From positions 1 to 64,000 of IMG/VR virus record IMGVR_UViG_3300011254_000489: a DNA stretch of 64,000 nt; one strand, 5' to 3'. The notes below the pieces were generated by a model. It worked only from the letters and a program-made list of their open reading frames with translations. It had not been told where the DNA came from and ran no database searches. The translations under genes and the position numbers were made by a program. Source of the DNA: a virus. Positions 9,550 to 19,533 of the stretch are shown here, one piece after another. Position 1 is the first letter of the stretch. The number at the start of each line of letters is the position of its first letter.

Positions 9550-10884
9550 ATGACATATATTAACACAATTAGAGATTTAGAGGCGGCAACATACGGAGTA
9601 CCTGCATTTGGAGGAAATTCCCTCCTTAAGCAAGCAGGAGTCGTACAAGGATTACACACGGCACACGATACAGCCGCTACAGGCGCAAGCGGAGTTAGCG
9701 CAATTGGTAGTGCTACAGGAATGTATAATGTACTATACGGACAGAAAGTTTGGTCAATGCTTAACAGAGAAGTTAATGCTTTGGCTATGCTATCAAAGCG
9801 TCCTTACACCTCAAGCGGTTGGAGAATTCTTAAGAGCCGACCCTTCGGTGGTAGTGGTTCTACTCTTACTTTGCAAAGTGACGGTAGCGGTGGCGGAATT
9901 GGTTCCGACGACCCACAAGCAGATGAAATCGGTGGCGTTCCCGAAAATGCAGGACTTTCTACTGCGGCTGACGGTCTAGGAAGCATGGCTCCTACCTACG
10001 CTCAACTCTTTATGAGTCCTAAGACAGTTGCTCACCAATTTGACATATCGGAATTGGCTATGGAAATGGCTCAAATTGACGATGGTTTGGGAGACATTCG
10101 GGCTATTATTCGTGAAGACATGGGTAAGGCACACGCAGAAGCACAAAACAAGATGCTAGTTATGCCTCTTGAATTCTACGGTGAAAACTCTGCTCTTGGA
10201 GACATTGAGCGAAACTATACTTCGCTCCTTAAGATTGTTACTAACAGAACCGAATTACTCGCTCTAGACGGTGGAGTACTTGCTACTGACACTGCTAGTG
10301 CTACTAATAATCTAGGTAAAATTTACGGTGATGAGAGATTCTCTGCCGCTTCTTTCTTAGATGCAGAAGTAGACTTCAACGGTAGTTATGCGGCCTCTTC
10401 GGTTCGCCCACTAACTTTGACTTTGCTTAACGCTATGATTAGAAACTTGCGTGTTGCCGGTGGTTCACCAAAGGTTATCCTAACAGGATACGATACCATC
10501 CAAGCAATTGCTGACTTGCTACAATCCCAAGAGCGATTCATGGACAGAAAGGAAATTATTCCTACTGTCAATGGTGTTCGTGGAATTAAGGGAGCAGAAG
10601 TTGGATTCCGTGTTGCAACATACTACGACATTCCTCTCATCCCTGTTAAGGAAATGACCGGAACCCGTAATGCGGCTGATACAGGAATTAGTGACCTATT
10701 GTTCCTTGATACTGACCATCTATGGCTCTCTGTTATGAAGCCTACTCAGTACTTTGAAGATGGTATCTCCAATGGAAACCCATTCGGTGTCGGTCGTCTA
10801 GGAAACCAAGCCCTTTACCGAACCATCGGTGAAACAGGTTGTTCCTTCTTCCGTGGACAAGGTAAGATTACGAATGTGGCTTGA
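9550..10884 (+). CDS. Major capsid protein (HK97 fold)
   Basis: 444 aa after the protease; strong SD GAGGTGA; GGVPEN, PKVILTG and YYDIPLIP-type segments; ends QGKITNVA. Confidence 0.85.
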   Translation: MTYINTIRDLEAATYGVPAFGGNSLLKQAGVVQGLHTAHDTAATGASGVSAIGSATGMYNVLYGQKVWSMLNREVNALAMLSKRPYTSSGWRILKSRPFGGSGSTLTLQSDGSGGGIGSDDPQADEIGGVPENAGLSTAADGLGSMAPTYAQLFMSPKTVAHQFDISELAMEMAQIDDGLGDIRAIIREDMGKAHAEAQNKMLVMPLEFYGENSALGDIERNYTSLLKIVTNRTELLALDGGVLATDTASATNNLGKIYGDERFSAASFLDAEVDFNGSYAASSVRPLTLTLLNAMIRNLRVAGGSPKVILTGYDTIQAIADLLQSQERFMDRKEIIPTVNGVRGIKGAEVGFRVATYYDIPLIPVKEMTGTRNAADTGISDLLFLDTDHLWLSVMKPTQYFEDGISNGNPFGVGRLGNQALYRTIGETGCSFFRGQGKITNVA

Positions 10885-10895
10885 GGTGATTAAGG

Positions 10896-11174
10896 ATGGC
10901 TTTTACATCTACAATCACAGAAACAAGCGTTTTTGGAAATAAAAGGGTTGCTTACGGAACCTTTACCAACACAAGCGGTTCTACCGGCGGTGACATTGAT
11001 ACGGGATTAAACCGTGTAGATATTATGCACCTACAAACAACGGGTTCACCGGCTCCGGCTAGCAGTAGCCCGTCTATTAACGAAACATTCCCACTTGCTA
11101 GTGCTATCGCATCAGCAGTAACAATAGTTACTGTTGCCGATGCAGTAGGCGTTTGGATTGCTTACGGTGCTTAA
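10896..11174 (+). CDS. Probable capsid decoration/cement protein
   Basis: Small Thr/Ser/Gly-rich beta protein immediately after MCP. Confidence 0.55.
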   Translation: MAFTSTITETSVFGNKRVAYGTFTNTSGSTGGDIDTGLNRVDIMHLQTTGSPAPASSSPSINETFPLASAIASAVTIVTVADAVGVWIAYGA

Positions 11175-11186
11175 GGAGGGTCTTAA

Positions 11187-11525
11187 TTGGCTACTCTCCA
11201 ACTAAGTGAAATTTGTTGGGCTGATTCTCTAAAACTACAAGGAGAAGAAGGAAAATTTGAAGTGACAAAGGCTGAGTCTGTAGAAGTCTCAGCCTTTGTT
11301 GCCTCTCATTATTACGGAGGTAACAATGTTACAGTCACTTTTTCCGAATCCGATAGATTGCAATTAGAATCTTTGCCCGAAAGAGAACTACAAATGTTGT
11401 CTAAAGCACTTGAATGTTCACCTAATGAAGTCGTTGCTGTTCTTCTACCTAAGAAAAAATCTAAGCCTAAGAAAACAACAAGGGCTAAGAAGACTTCTGC
11501 TAAGAAAGAAGAATCTGCTGAATGA
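11187..11525 (+). CDS. Hypothetical protein with Lys-rich tail
   Basis: TTG start after AGGAGG; KKKSKPKKTTRAKK tail. Confidence 0.6.
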   Translation: MATLQLSEICWADSLKLQGEEGKFEVTKAESVEVSAFVASHYYGGNNVTVTFSESDRLQLESLPERELQMLSKALECSPNEVVAVLLPKKKSKPKKTTRAKKTSAKKEESAE

Positions 11526-11576
11526 AGGCCAAAACCTTCATTAAGACATGGACTCTAGCAATAGATAAGTGATACT

Positions 11577-11900
11577 ATGCCCGATGCTTCAAGGTCAAGC
11601 GGTGTTCTCTCCGCAACTACAACAATTTGTAAAAACGCATGTAATTTGAAAAGTATTCATGTTACTTGTACTACAGGTGGTTCCGACGAATACATCTTGA
11701 AGATTTTTGATTCGGGAGATGCTACTCTAACAGGAAACACAGAATTAGCGAGAATGGTTTTTAACGCTCATACTTCTTCTGCTAATATAGAATATGACAT
11801 GCATGGTGTTTTGGCTAGAGAAGGTCTTCATGCGCAATTGACTGCGCCTCCTTCACCTCATAGTGATTCGCAATGTGCTTTCTCAGTGGAGTATAACTGA
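11577..11900 (+). CDS. Small beta-rich virion protein
   Basis: 107-aa beta-strand-rich ORF in structural block. Confidence 0.5.
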   Translation: MPDASRSSGVLSATTTICKNACNLKSIHVTCTTGGSDEYILKIFDSGDATLTGNTELARMVFNAHTSSANIEYDMHGVLAREGLHAQLTAPPSPHSDSQCAFSVEYN

Positions 11901-11909
11901 GGCGATACA

Positions 11910-12311
11910 ATGGCGGCACTAAACACTGACACTAGATTAATCATGACTATTCTTTTCGTTGGAGTAGTTAGTGGTGCAAATGTTTTCTTTTACGCACAAT
12001 ATGGTACTAACTTCCCATATACGCATTTAGCGCATGGGGTTCTATTTGGACTTATTACAGTGGGTGCTATTCTAATTATGAAGGCTCTCAATGATTTATT
12101 TTTAAATGATTACATAGAGCAAGGACTTCTAGATAGAAGAATTGAGGCTTATTGGAAACTAAAAAACAAGGAAGAACAACAAAGGAAGAGAATGCAAGAC
12201 TCTCTAAAAACATTCCAAACCGACTTCAACACTTCTAGAGTACCCGAAATTGCTCCTGCTTACAACGCAGAAGACGGCATAGGAAATGAATTTTTAGCCA
12301 CCTTACAGTGA
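11910..12311 (+). CDS. Membrane protein, 2 TM helices + coiled coil
   Basis: Hydrophobic LIMTILFVGVVSGANVFFY and GVLFGLITVGAILIM; charged C-terminal coil. Confidence 0.75.
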   Translation: MAALNTDTRLIMTILFVGVVSGANVFFYAQYGTNFPYTHLAHGVLFGLITVGAILIMKALNDLFLNDYIEQGLLDRRIEAYWKLKNKEEQQRKRMQDSLKTFQTDFNTSRVPEIAPAYNAEDGIGNEFLATLQ

Positions 12312-12320
12312 GGTGGTTAA

Positions 12321-12539
12321 ATGGTCTTAAGCGACTTAATGGGATTTTCCGACTCCGATTATGCGTACAATCAACAGAGAGCGCATTCTGCTGATATGTT
12401 CTTCATGAGAATGAGAGCATGGTTTTGGGGTTCTTGTGTTGGCTTGTCTTGTTTATTAATAGGAAACATTATGGGTGTTTTTGACATTAATATTATGGGA
12501 TGGTTAATAGATAAAGTAACAGGTATTTGGGGACATTGA
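12321..12539 (+). CDS. Small membrane protein
   Basis: Hydrophobic AWFWGSCVGLSCLLIGNIMGVF plus amphipathic C-terminal helix. Confidence 0.7.
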   Translation: MVLSDLMGFSDSDYAYNQQRAHSADMFFMRMRAWFWGSCVGLSCLLIGNIMGVFDINIMGWLIDKVTGIWGH

Positions 12540-12540
12540 T

Positions 12541-13203
12541 ATGTCGGTAATGACAGGCTTTGCTATTCTTATTGGTGAAGCAATAATAGGTTTTTACAAA
12601 AAAATACATGCAATTAATTTTGGTGTGTATGGGGCAACAATGGTAGGTAAAACTACTTTACATCATCAGTTAAGGACTAGAGGGGAAGTGCCTCAAATAA
12701 AAGAAAGGACTGTAGGGGTGCATAGACCCACTAGAAAAACAGTAAAAATAGACGGTGATGTTCACACACTAAAGACTGCGGATATGGGCGGTGAGTCTAT
12801 CTATTGGCGGCAATGGCTTAATGATATACAGAAGAGAAAGGTAAAATACATTATTTTTCTTATTGACCATAGGCATTTAGATAGTCAAGCAAATTTAGAC
12901 CATCAACTAGCATGGAAGTTTTTAGTAGATGGTATTTGTTCAAGTACTTGGCCTAGTGGTAAAAAGAAAAAAACAGAAGAATATCCTTTGGCGATAGGTC
13001 TTTGGGCTAATAAGTATGATATGTGGGGTAAAAAATACAAACATGGTGGTGATATAGAAGACCATCCTATCTTTGAGCCATTTCATTATGGTATGCAAAA
13101 ACTAAATGAACGAGGGATTCCCACATTTAAATACATAGTATCCGCTAAGTCGCAACCGGAGATGGTTTATCGTGGCGTTACAACAATGATAAAGGATTAT
13201 TGA
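12541..13203 (+). CDS. Ras-superfamily small GTPase, Arf/Sar1-like
   Basis: G1 GATMVGKT, G2 RTVG, G3 DMGG(E), IIFLID, G4 NKYD, G5 SAK; N-terminal hydrophobic/amphipathic helix. Confidence 0.9.
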   Translation: MSVMTGFAILIGEAIIGFYKKIHAINFGVYGATMVGKTTLHHQLRTRGEVPQIKERTVGVHRPTRKTVKIDGDVHTLKTADMGGESIYWRQWLNDIQKRKVKYIIFLIDHRHLDSQANLDHQLAWKFLVDGICSSTWPSGKKKKTEEYPLAIGLWANKYDMWGKKYKHGGDIEDHPIFEPFHYGMQKLNERGIPTFKYIVSAKSQPEMVYRGVTTMIKDY

Positions 13204-13841
13204 TTAATATGTACCAACAACCGAATTTAATAGGAGCGCAATCACCACAAACAGGTAACTTGTTTTTGTCGCCTTTGATGCAAGCAAGAGCAAGTGGCCC
13301 TGTAGAAGAATACAAGTTTAAGAATATTAAACCTAAAAAGAAGTTAAAGGAAATCAAGCAAGTATTAATGGCCGAAAAAAAGAAATTTTTGTTTATTAGA
13401 TATGGCTTTAAATTTAATTTAAAGGAACGGTGTGTTGTTTGCGGAACCCATCAAGTGTGGGAAGCGGGGGACTACATGCGCCCTCCTATTCCTTTAACTC
13501 ATGTAGAAAAGGGTCGGCCCATGAGAGGAACATATTGTTCTAAGCATTCAGCAACACATAAACAAATGGAAATGCTACAACAACAAATACTAGCAGAAGA
13601 ACACGGTCTTGATTTTAAAGCATTTATCCCTAGACCAAGAATGCCCCAAGTTTTATCTAAGGGGCCGCTTACCACACTATCACAGGCAGATGTGGTTTCG
13701 CTAACTTCGGCAGGATGGATACTAAAACCCCCGACTAACAATACCGAAGAAACACCTCCCGAAGAAGTAGTTAGACTATCACAAGAAATGCGTACATCAT
13801 TAGAAAGAATGCAGTTTTTAATAGAAGGAAAAGGTGAATGA
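13200..13841 (+). CDS. Zn-binding hypothetical protein in GTPase cluster
   Basis: CVVC...YCSKH; basic segment; start likely ATG 13209. Confidence 0.65.
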   Translation: MINMYQQPNLIGAQSPQTGNLFLSPLMQARASGPVEEYKFKNIKPKKKLKEIKQVLMAEKKKFLFIRYGFKFNLKERCVVCGTHQVWEAGDYMRPPIPLTHVEKGRPMRGTYCSKHSATHKQMEMLQQQILAEEHGLDFKAFIPRPRMPQVLSKGPLTTLSQADVVSLTSAGWILKPPTNNTEETPPEEVVRLSQEMRTSLERMQFLIEGKGE

Positions 13842-14514
13842 TATGGTATTTGGAACAAGTAATGGAACAGTATTAAGTGCGGTAAACGCTCAAAACGACC
13901 AACAATTCAAGAATGTAAATAATCTACTATCTTTACAAGATAACCATGTGGAAGAATTTTTTCAGTATCACGGAGCGCAATTTTTAGGAGCATTGGAAAA
14001 ATTAATGGAAGATGTTACAGAAAGAGTAGTAAGTCAAATGTTGGCTAAATTAGAATTCGTTCAAGATTCTACTACAGGTAAAACCACCGTTCATCCCGAT
14101 TGTATGAGAGAGTACGAAAAGATTACTGCTGAAAATATTCAATTAGACATTAATGCAATTCTTCACTCTGCGGTTGATACAGAAGTAATCAACCAAAGAA
14201 AGATGGCTAAGAAGCAATATTTAGAATCTCAAGGATTTACTTCCCCCCAACAAGGATACCAACAAGTAGCGGCCCCATCAGCAGGTATGGCGGTAGCAGG
14301 TATTACAGGACAAACTCAACAATATAACCAAATGCAAGGAGCAGTAAGTAATGGTAGTGGCTATCCAATACCACCAAGCGGCACAGATGGATACGGTAGG
14401 CCGTTTTGGGTAGACCCACAAACAGGACAAACTAGTTACGAGCCTCCTAAAAGTGGATTGCATTTAGGCTCCGCTATCCAAAAGGGTGCGGCATGGGCAA
14501 AGTGGTTAATGTGA
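13834..14514 (+). CDS. Helical protein with Gln/Gly/Pro-rich tail and C-terminal amphipathic helix
   Basis: Q-rich low-complexity segment; RPFWVDPQTGQTSYEPP resembles a WW-like motif; ends AIQKGAAWAKWLM. Confidence 0.65.
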   Translation: MNDMVFGTSNGTVLSAVNAQNDQQFKNVNNLLSLQDNHVEEFFQYHGAQFLGALEKLMEDVTERVVSQMLAKLEFVQDSTTGKTTVHPDCMREYEKITAENIQLDINAILHSAVDTEVINQRKMAKKQYLESQGFTSPQQGYQQVAAPSAGMAVAGITGQTQQYNQMQGAVSNGSGYPIPPSGTDGYGRPFWVDPQTGQTSYEPPKSGLHLGSAIQKGAAWAKWLM

Positions 14515-14517
14515 GGA

Positions 14518-15849
14518 TTGACAATGAAATTCATTCCAAAACTTGACATCGCAATTCATTTAAACAATACAGGTCAAGTTTTTGATGTTGTGAAATATGG
14601 CGAATTGTCGCTATTGAAAAAATTGTTTTACGATAATACAGAGGTTTCTTCTGTTCCTTCGGATGAAGAATTGGATGAGAAGATTGAGGATTTAGAAGAT
14701 TTGAATAGGGGTTCGGAATACGAGTTTAATGTTGATGATGCTAAAAAACAATTTAGAGAACAGTTAGTAATTTTAAAAAATAAGACATTTTCGGAGTTAG
14801 ATAAAATAGTACAGATTGACAGAAAGATACCAGTACTTATTGATAAGATGAATTTTACAATTAAAGATATTGCTAATACTGATAAGAGAAATAAATTACT
14901 ATCTATGGGTGAAGAAACTGTTGCATACGAAAGACTAACAACTCCTAGCGAAGAAATATCACTAGATGAGTTAGAAGACGCAATTAAGGAAACAGGCTTT
15001 AACACTCAATTTGATGAATTGTATGATACTGTTTTAGATGACATGGAAGTAGATAACAATACAATATCTTTCAGCGATATACCATTTACAAGAAGAGTAT
15101 TAGAAAGATACAAACCTAGTAAACTATGGATTGATGACTATTTAAATCAACATAAACAATTATCCCCGAATAAATTTGAAGACACAGTAGTTCTTGCTAC
15201 CTTAAAAGTAATCAATGGTAAACTTGTAGTTGAAGGTAATCTAGATGAAGACCAAATTGAGGAATACTTTGATTATGAACAAATAGAAGAGGGCGAAGAA
15301 GAAGTAGTAGCAACACTAAAGGAAAACTTAAACAGAAAAGCATGGGCTGATTTATTTTTAAGTGCTATATTTGACAACCAAAAAAATAATTTCATAGATT
15401 ATCTAACCGATTTTACTAAACTGATGCAGGTTGAATGTACTATTATTCCTAAATCGGATAGAGGACAAATTTTAGCCGATTTAGTATTTACTGAATATGG
15501 TAGAATTAGATTTACTAAGCCTCCTTTGCCTAGACTTGCGGGTGCAACTAAGAAAGACAATTTACTTAAACCTAGAGTATCAACGAATATTCCTTTTCCA
15601 GATTTTCTAGATAAAGACAAAATTAATCTAATACAGTCGGAGGATTGGAAAGATGAATTAAGTGAGGCTGATAGGGTCAAATACCAAGACCTTACTCCCC
15701 AAAAAAAGCAAAAAAAAGAAGAAGACTTGAAAGATAAAATATTCAATCAAAACCAAAGAAAAATTGCAGAAACTAGAGAAAGGGTACTCGCTTTCTTTTA
15801 TGAAATCATTTCTAATCTTAGTGATTTAGAAGACGCATTGGAGGTCTAA
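14518..15849 (+). CDS. Acidic hypothetical protein
   Basis: 443-aa D/E-rich ORF, no recognisable motif. Confidence 0.6.
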   Translation: MTMKFIPKLDIAIHLNNTGQVFDVVKYGELSLLKKLFYDNTEVSSVPSDEELDEKIEDLEDLNRGSEYEFNVDDAKKQFREQLVILKNKTFSELDKIVQIDRKIPVLIDKMNFTIKDIANTDKRNKLLSMGEETVAYERLTTPSEEISLDELEDAIKETGFNTQFDELYDTVLDDMEVDNNTISFSDIPFTRRVLERYKPSKLWIDDYLNQHKQLSPNKFEDTVVLATLKVINGKLVVEGNLDEDQIEEYFDYEQIEEGEEEVVATLKENLNRKAWADLFLSAIFDNQKNNFIDYLTDFTKLMQVECTIIPKSDRGQILADLVFTEYGRIRFTKPPLPRLAGATKKDNLLKPRVSTNIPFPDFLDKDKINLIQSEDWKDELSEADRVKYQDLTPQKKQKKEEDLKDKIFNQNQRKIAETRERVLAFFYEIISNLSDLEDALEV

Positions 15850-15851
15850 TT

Positions 15852-16970
15852 ATGCCTGTATCATCATCCCCTAGTGACTATACTAACATAAATGTAGATT
15901 ACTCTCAAGGCCGTGGGTTTTATACTGATAAAACATCAGTCTCGGATTTACTACAGATACCTGCTTTTACTTCTGTAACCAATCCTACTGACGCACAAAT
16001 AGGTTCTATTATTAAAAGAACAGAAGGGATTATTGATGATAAAATAAACCGTTCCTTTAGACCTATTATTTGGAAGGATGAGTTTCGTGATTTTGAATTT
16101 ACTCATCACCCAATAAACTCTTACTATAGTGGCTATGTAGGGTTTGTTCAATTAAACCAAATGAAAGTTAGAAAGATTATCAGTCTTCAAGTTTGGGAAG
16201 GAACCAATTATAGAGAGTTGGCTTCTGCTCAAGCGAGTATTAGTTTGGACACTTCCAAATACAATAAGATAAGAAAACTAACCTTAACTCTACCTAATTC
16301 AGTAGATTCTTGGGATTTGTTTTATAGTGGGGAAGGCGGTAAGTCGGCCACACAGACATTCAATTTAAATTTTGGAGCAAAGACCACGGCAAAGGAAATT
16401 GTTGCTTTGATTAACGAACAGTTTCCTGCTAGGACTGCACAGTTTACGGGAGCCACTGCTGAAAAGGCAAACACTTCTTTGACTAATGGATATTCTATTT
16501 CCGATTTTTTCTATGCTTACACTGATAGCCAAGATGGAACCTTAGTCCATATTTCTAGTCTGTTAGAAGGCGAGGATGGTTCGGATTGTACTCTTACAGT
16601 CACAGACCAAGCGGGGCAAACTTCCGATAGTGTAGTGGTTAATTTTACTGACAAGCAGGAAATGAAAAGACTAGGAGACTTTTGGATGATGGGTAGTGAT
16701 GGTCGTATTTTCTTCAATAAGAAGTATCCTTACCACAGAAAAAATTCAGTTATTGTTAGTTTCGTTGCAGGTGATGGAAGAGTACCTTCTGCAATTCATG
16801 AAGCCGCTACTAAATTGGTTGCGGCAGAAATACTACGGCACGATGACCAAACTATTCTTATTGCTGAAACAGGTGCTAATATTTCCACTAAGGAAAAGTA
16901 CGATATTCTAAGAAAAGAAGGTATGGAAATCTTAGACGGTAAGAAAGACTTAGTATATTTGATTGATTGA
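15852..16970 (+). CDS. Head-tail adaptor (neck) protein with internal insertion
   Basis: N-terminal 'TEGIIDDKINRSF' and C-terminal 'VIVSFVAG...VPSAIHEAATKLVA' are typical of gp6/gp15-like adaptors; position fits. Confidence 0.65.
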   Translation: MPVSSSPSDYTNINVDYSQGRGFYTDKTSVSDLLQIPAFTSVTNPTDAQIGSIIKRTEGIIDDKINRSFRPIIWKDEFRDFEFTHHPINSYYSGYVGFVQLNQMKVRKIISLQVWEGTNYRELASAQASISLDTSKYNKIRKLTLTLPNSVDSWDLFYSGEGGKSATQTFNLNFGAKTTAKEIVALINEQFPARTAQFTGATAEKANTSLTNGYSISDFFYAYTDSQDGTLVHISSLLEGEDGSDCTLTVTDQAGQTSDSVVVNFTDKQEMKRLGDFWMMGSDGRIFFNKKYPYHRKNSVIVSFVAGDGRVPSAIHEAATKLVAAEILRHDDQTILIAETGANISTKEKYDILRKEGMEILDGKKDLVYLID

Positions 16971-17178
16971 TATGTCATTTAGAAAGGCAACTGAGGTTTT
17001 TAATGATTTTCTAGCGAGAGAAAAACAAAGAAACATACAGATGTTAGAAGTTTCAAGATTATTAGGAGTAGATTTAACCTTTACAAATGACGAACTTATC
17101 AAAAATGCAGAAGAAGCCTACATTCAGTACATGGAAAAACTAATAGTAGAACAAGCGGAGGCAGTAATTAATGGATGA
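16963..17178 (+). CDS. Hypothetical neck-region protein
   Basis: 71-aa ORF. Confidence 0.55.
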   Translation: MIDMSFRKATEVFNDFLAREKQRNIQMLEVSRLLGVDLTFTNDELIKNAEEAYIQYMEKLIVEQAEAVING

Positions 17179-17680
17179 AGTTAGTTTAGTGATTGATTTA
17201 TTAGACAACCAATGGTCTACTTCTGCAACAACTTTAGTTAGTGCAGGTACAATAAATGTTTCTCATTCGGGAAAGCCTAGTTTAATTGATGTTCGTTCTA
17301 TTGAGAAGAATAAGGGTGTTAGATATGACCTCTCTTCTAAAGATGTAATTATTGTTTTTGAGGATTCTAATACAATGGATTATCCTACGGTATTTTATGA
17401 TGTACGAAATGAAACCTATTCTTTTACTCTACATATTAGAACGGTTCATGATGAAAGAGCCGGTACAGATGCAGATTTCGGCAAAGATAGGCTAAGGGCT
17501 TTATACTTGATAACCCGTCACGCAATTGAGAGCAAGCGTAGGGGGTACGAATCTTCGGATAATTCATGTTTTAATCAACTATTTTTAGGGGCGAGAAGCG
17601 AATCTAATGATAGGGCAAAACGATTATTCGGATATAAATTGAATTTAGAAGCGAAAAGATTTGCTCAAACAGTCCCTTAG
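17171..17680 (+). CDS. Probable tail terminator/completion protein
   Basis: Size, beta-rich pattern and position immediately before the tail tube gene. Confidence 0.55.
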   Translation: MDEVSLVIDLLDNQWSTSATTLVSAGTINVSHSGKPSLIDVRSIEKNKGVRYDLSSKDVIIVFEDSNTMDYPTVFYDVRNETYSFTLHIRTVHDERAGTDADFGKDRLRALYLITRHAIESKRRGYESSDNSCFNQLFLGARSESNDRAKRLFGYKLNLEAKRFAQTVP

Positions 17681-17703
17681 TTTGTAAGTAAGGAAGTGGG
17701 ATT

Positions 17704-19314
17704 ATGACCAACAACAATATATTTTTAGGAAGCGGCACATCGGTAACTTTTGTTCCCGAAGTAGATATTTATTTGAAACCTCACCAAACGGCGGGTACGG
17801 CTTTAACCGATACAAACGGCGTACTTCCTTCGGGACAAGGAAATAAATTAACTCTGCATGGTGATTTTACAGGCAATTTTGATTTGGTCAATGACCTTTA
17901 TGTTGGTTGTGTTTTGGAGTTTTATGATGGCGGTACTTTCAGTTCTTCTCATAGAGTAACAACTAATGATGCTACAACCATTACTTTTCACCCTGCTATA
18001 ACTGGCGGTACTTTCGTAACTATTGTTCCTGCTGATGACTTTTTCCGCCTAAAAGGATATGGCGCACCTTGTCCTGCTACTAGTGGTACTTCAAATCTAA
18101 AAAATCTAAATGCTGACAATTGGTTGGGTATTGTAGAGTCCCTAACTTTCCCTTCTGTTGATGTAGAATTTAAACAACAGAATTTGTTTGTGGGTGGAAG
18201 CAGAAACTTTACCCACCAATACAAAGGAATAGAAACGGCAGGTAACGCAAGCATTGGTATTGTTGCTAATCATGGTGCTTGGTTGTACTATTTCTTTGGT
18301 AAGTGTTCTTCTATTAGTGCTACTCTTGCATCGGGTACTAACCCTGCTAGTGACTTCGCAGGTAACACAGGTTCCGAAAATAAATATTATTTGGAAAACA
18401 CTACCCTTACTGACACAGGGCCGTTGTTTTACAGAAGTATAAACAATGTAATGACACCTCCTGTTTTGGAAGGGCAAGATGCCTTCGGAGATTTAGACCA
18501 ATTAACAGAATCTACAGTTGGTGGTGACGGATTTATTGATGACCCTATTACCTACACCTTTGCAGAGCAGGATGGCGATGATTTGCCTTCTTTTGCTATG
18601 GAACAAGTCTTTTCTAAATTACCATCTTCAAACCCTTACAGTACAAGGATTACTCCTAGTGGTGCTGATGAAGATACTAACTTTGTTCTTATTGCTACAG
18701 GCAACAGAGTAAACACTCTTACAATGACTGCTAACGAAAACGAAGAGTTGAAAATGACTATGGATTGTATGCCTCGTAAGGTTCACAGTCTAGAAAAAGA
18801 TGAAAAGTATGCGGCTAGAAGGTCTGTTACTGACGAAACTACTTTCAAGAATTTCTCTTCCGATGATAAACTATTGGAACCTTTCTTCTTTTCAAGTGGT
18901 TCTATTAGTTTATTCGGACAGAACTTTTTGCGAATTACCCAATTCTCCTTAACAATGAACAATACTCTTACTGATAAGAGATTTATTGGTATTGGTAGTA
19001 GGAATGTTAAGGATGCTATTCCTGCACAAAGAACCTACGAATTGACATTTAGTGCTTTAGTTACTGATGATAAATTATTCAATGAGTTGAAAAACAACGA
19101 TGAAAACCAATTGGCTGATAGTGGAGCCTTGATTGATTTAATCTTTGATAAACCAAACCAAGAACAAATCCGTTTGAAGTTTGATAACTATTATTTGACT
19201 ACAAACTCTTGGCCTATTCCCGAAGACAAGGGAGCAGTAACCGTAGATGCTACAATCATCCCACGCTCCCTAAGCAGTTGCACCGTCAAAACCCATTGGG
19301 TCTTGCAGGGGTGA
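17704..19314 (+). CDS. Major tail tube protein with inserted domains
   Basis: DLPSFAMEQ..., RVNTLTMTA, FSLTMNNTL, RTYELTF segments typical of archaeal siphovirus tail tubes; precedes chaperones and TMP. Confidence 0.75.
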   Translation: MTNNNIFLGSGTSVTFVPEVDIYLKPHQTAGTALTDTNGVLPSGQGNKLTLHGDFTGNFDLVNDLYVGCVLEFYDGGTFSSSHRVTTNDATTITFHPAITGGTFVTIVPADDFFRLKGYGAPCPATSGTSNLKNLNADNWLGIVESLTFPSVDVEFKQQNLFVGGSRNFTHQYKGIETAGNASIGIVANHGAWLYYFFGKCSSISATLASGTNPASDFAGNTGSENKYYLENTTLTDTGPLFYRSINNVMTPPVLEGQDAFGDLDQLTESTVGGDGFIDDPITYTFAEQDGDDLPSFAMEQVFSKLPSSNPYSTRITPSGADEDTNFVLIATGNRVNTLTMTANENEELKMTMDCMPRKVHSLEKDEKYAARRSVTDETTFKNFSSDDKLLEPFFFSSGSISLFGQNFLRITQFSLTMNNTLTDKRFIGIGSRNVKDAIPAQRTYELTFSALVTDDKLFNELKNNDENQLADSGALIDLIFDKPNQEQIRLKFDNYYLTTNSWPIPEDKGAVTVDATIIPRSLSSCTVKTHWVLQG

Positions 19315-19318
19315 GCAA

Positions 19319-19498
19319 GTGGTTGAAGTAAAAGGTGTAGACCGCTACACAAAAAGGAAACAATACCGTGAGCGTCTTCTAGAGGAACAGGAGAAAGCAA
19401 AATCAAAACCTGCCCCTAAGAAGAGGGGTAGGAAGCCAAAGACAGTGAAGGAAACTCCACCGTCAAAGGAGGAAGTCTCTAAGACGGAAGAAGAATAA
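19319..19498 (+). CDS. Small basic/charged protein (not in ORF track)
   Basis: GTG start, 59 aa MVEVKGVDRYTKRKQYRERLLEEQEKAKSKPAPKKRGRKPK...; AT-hook-like KRGRKP. Confidence 0.6.
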   Translation: MVEVKGVDRYTKRKQYRERLLEEQEKAKSKPAPKKRGRKPKTVKETPPSKEEVSKTEEE

Positions 19499-19533
19499 AT
19501 ACTCCACTAACATTATTTGTTTGTTAGTTTTTT

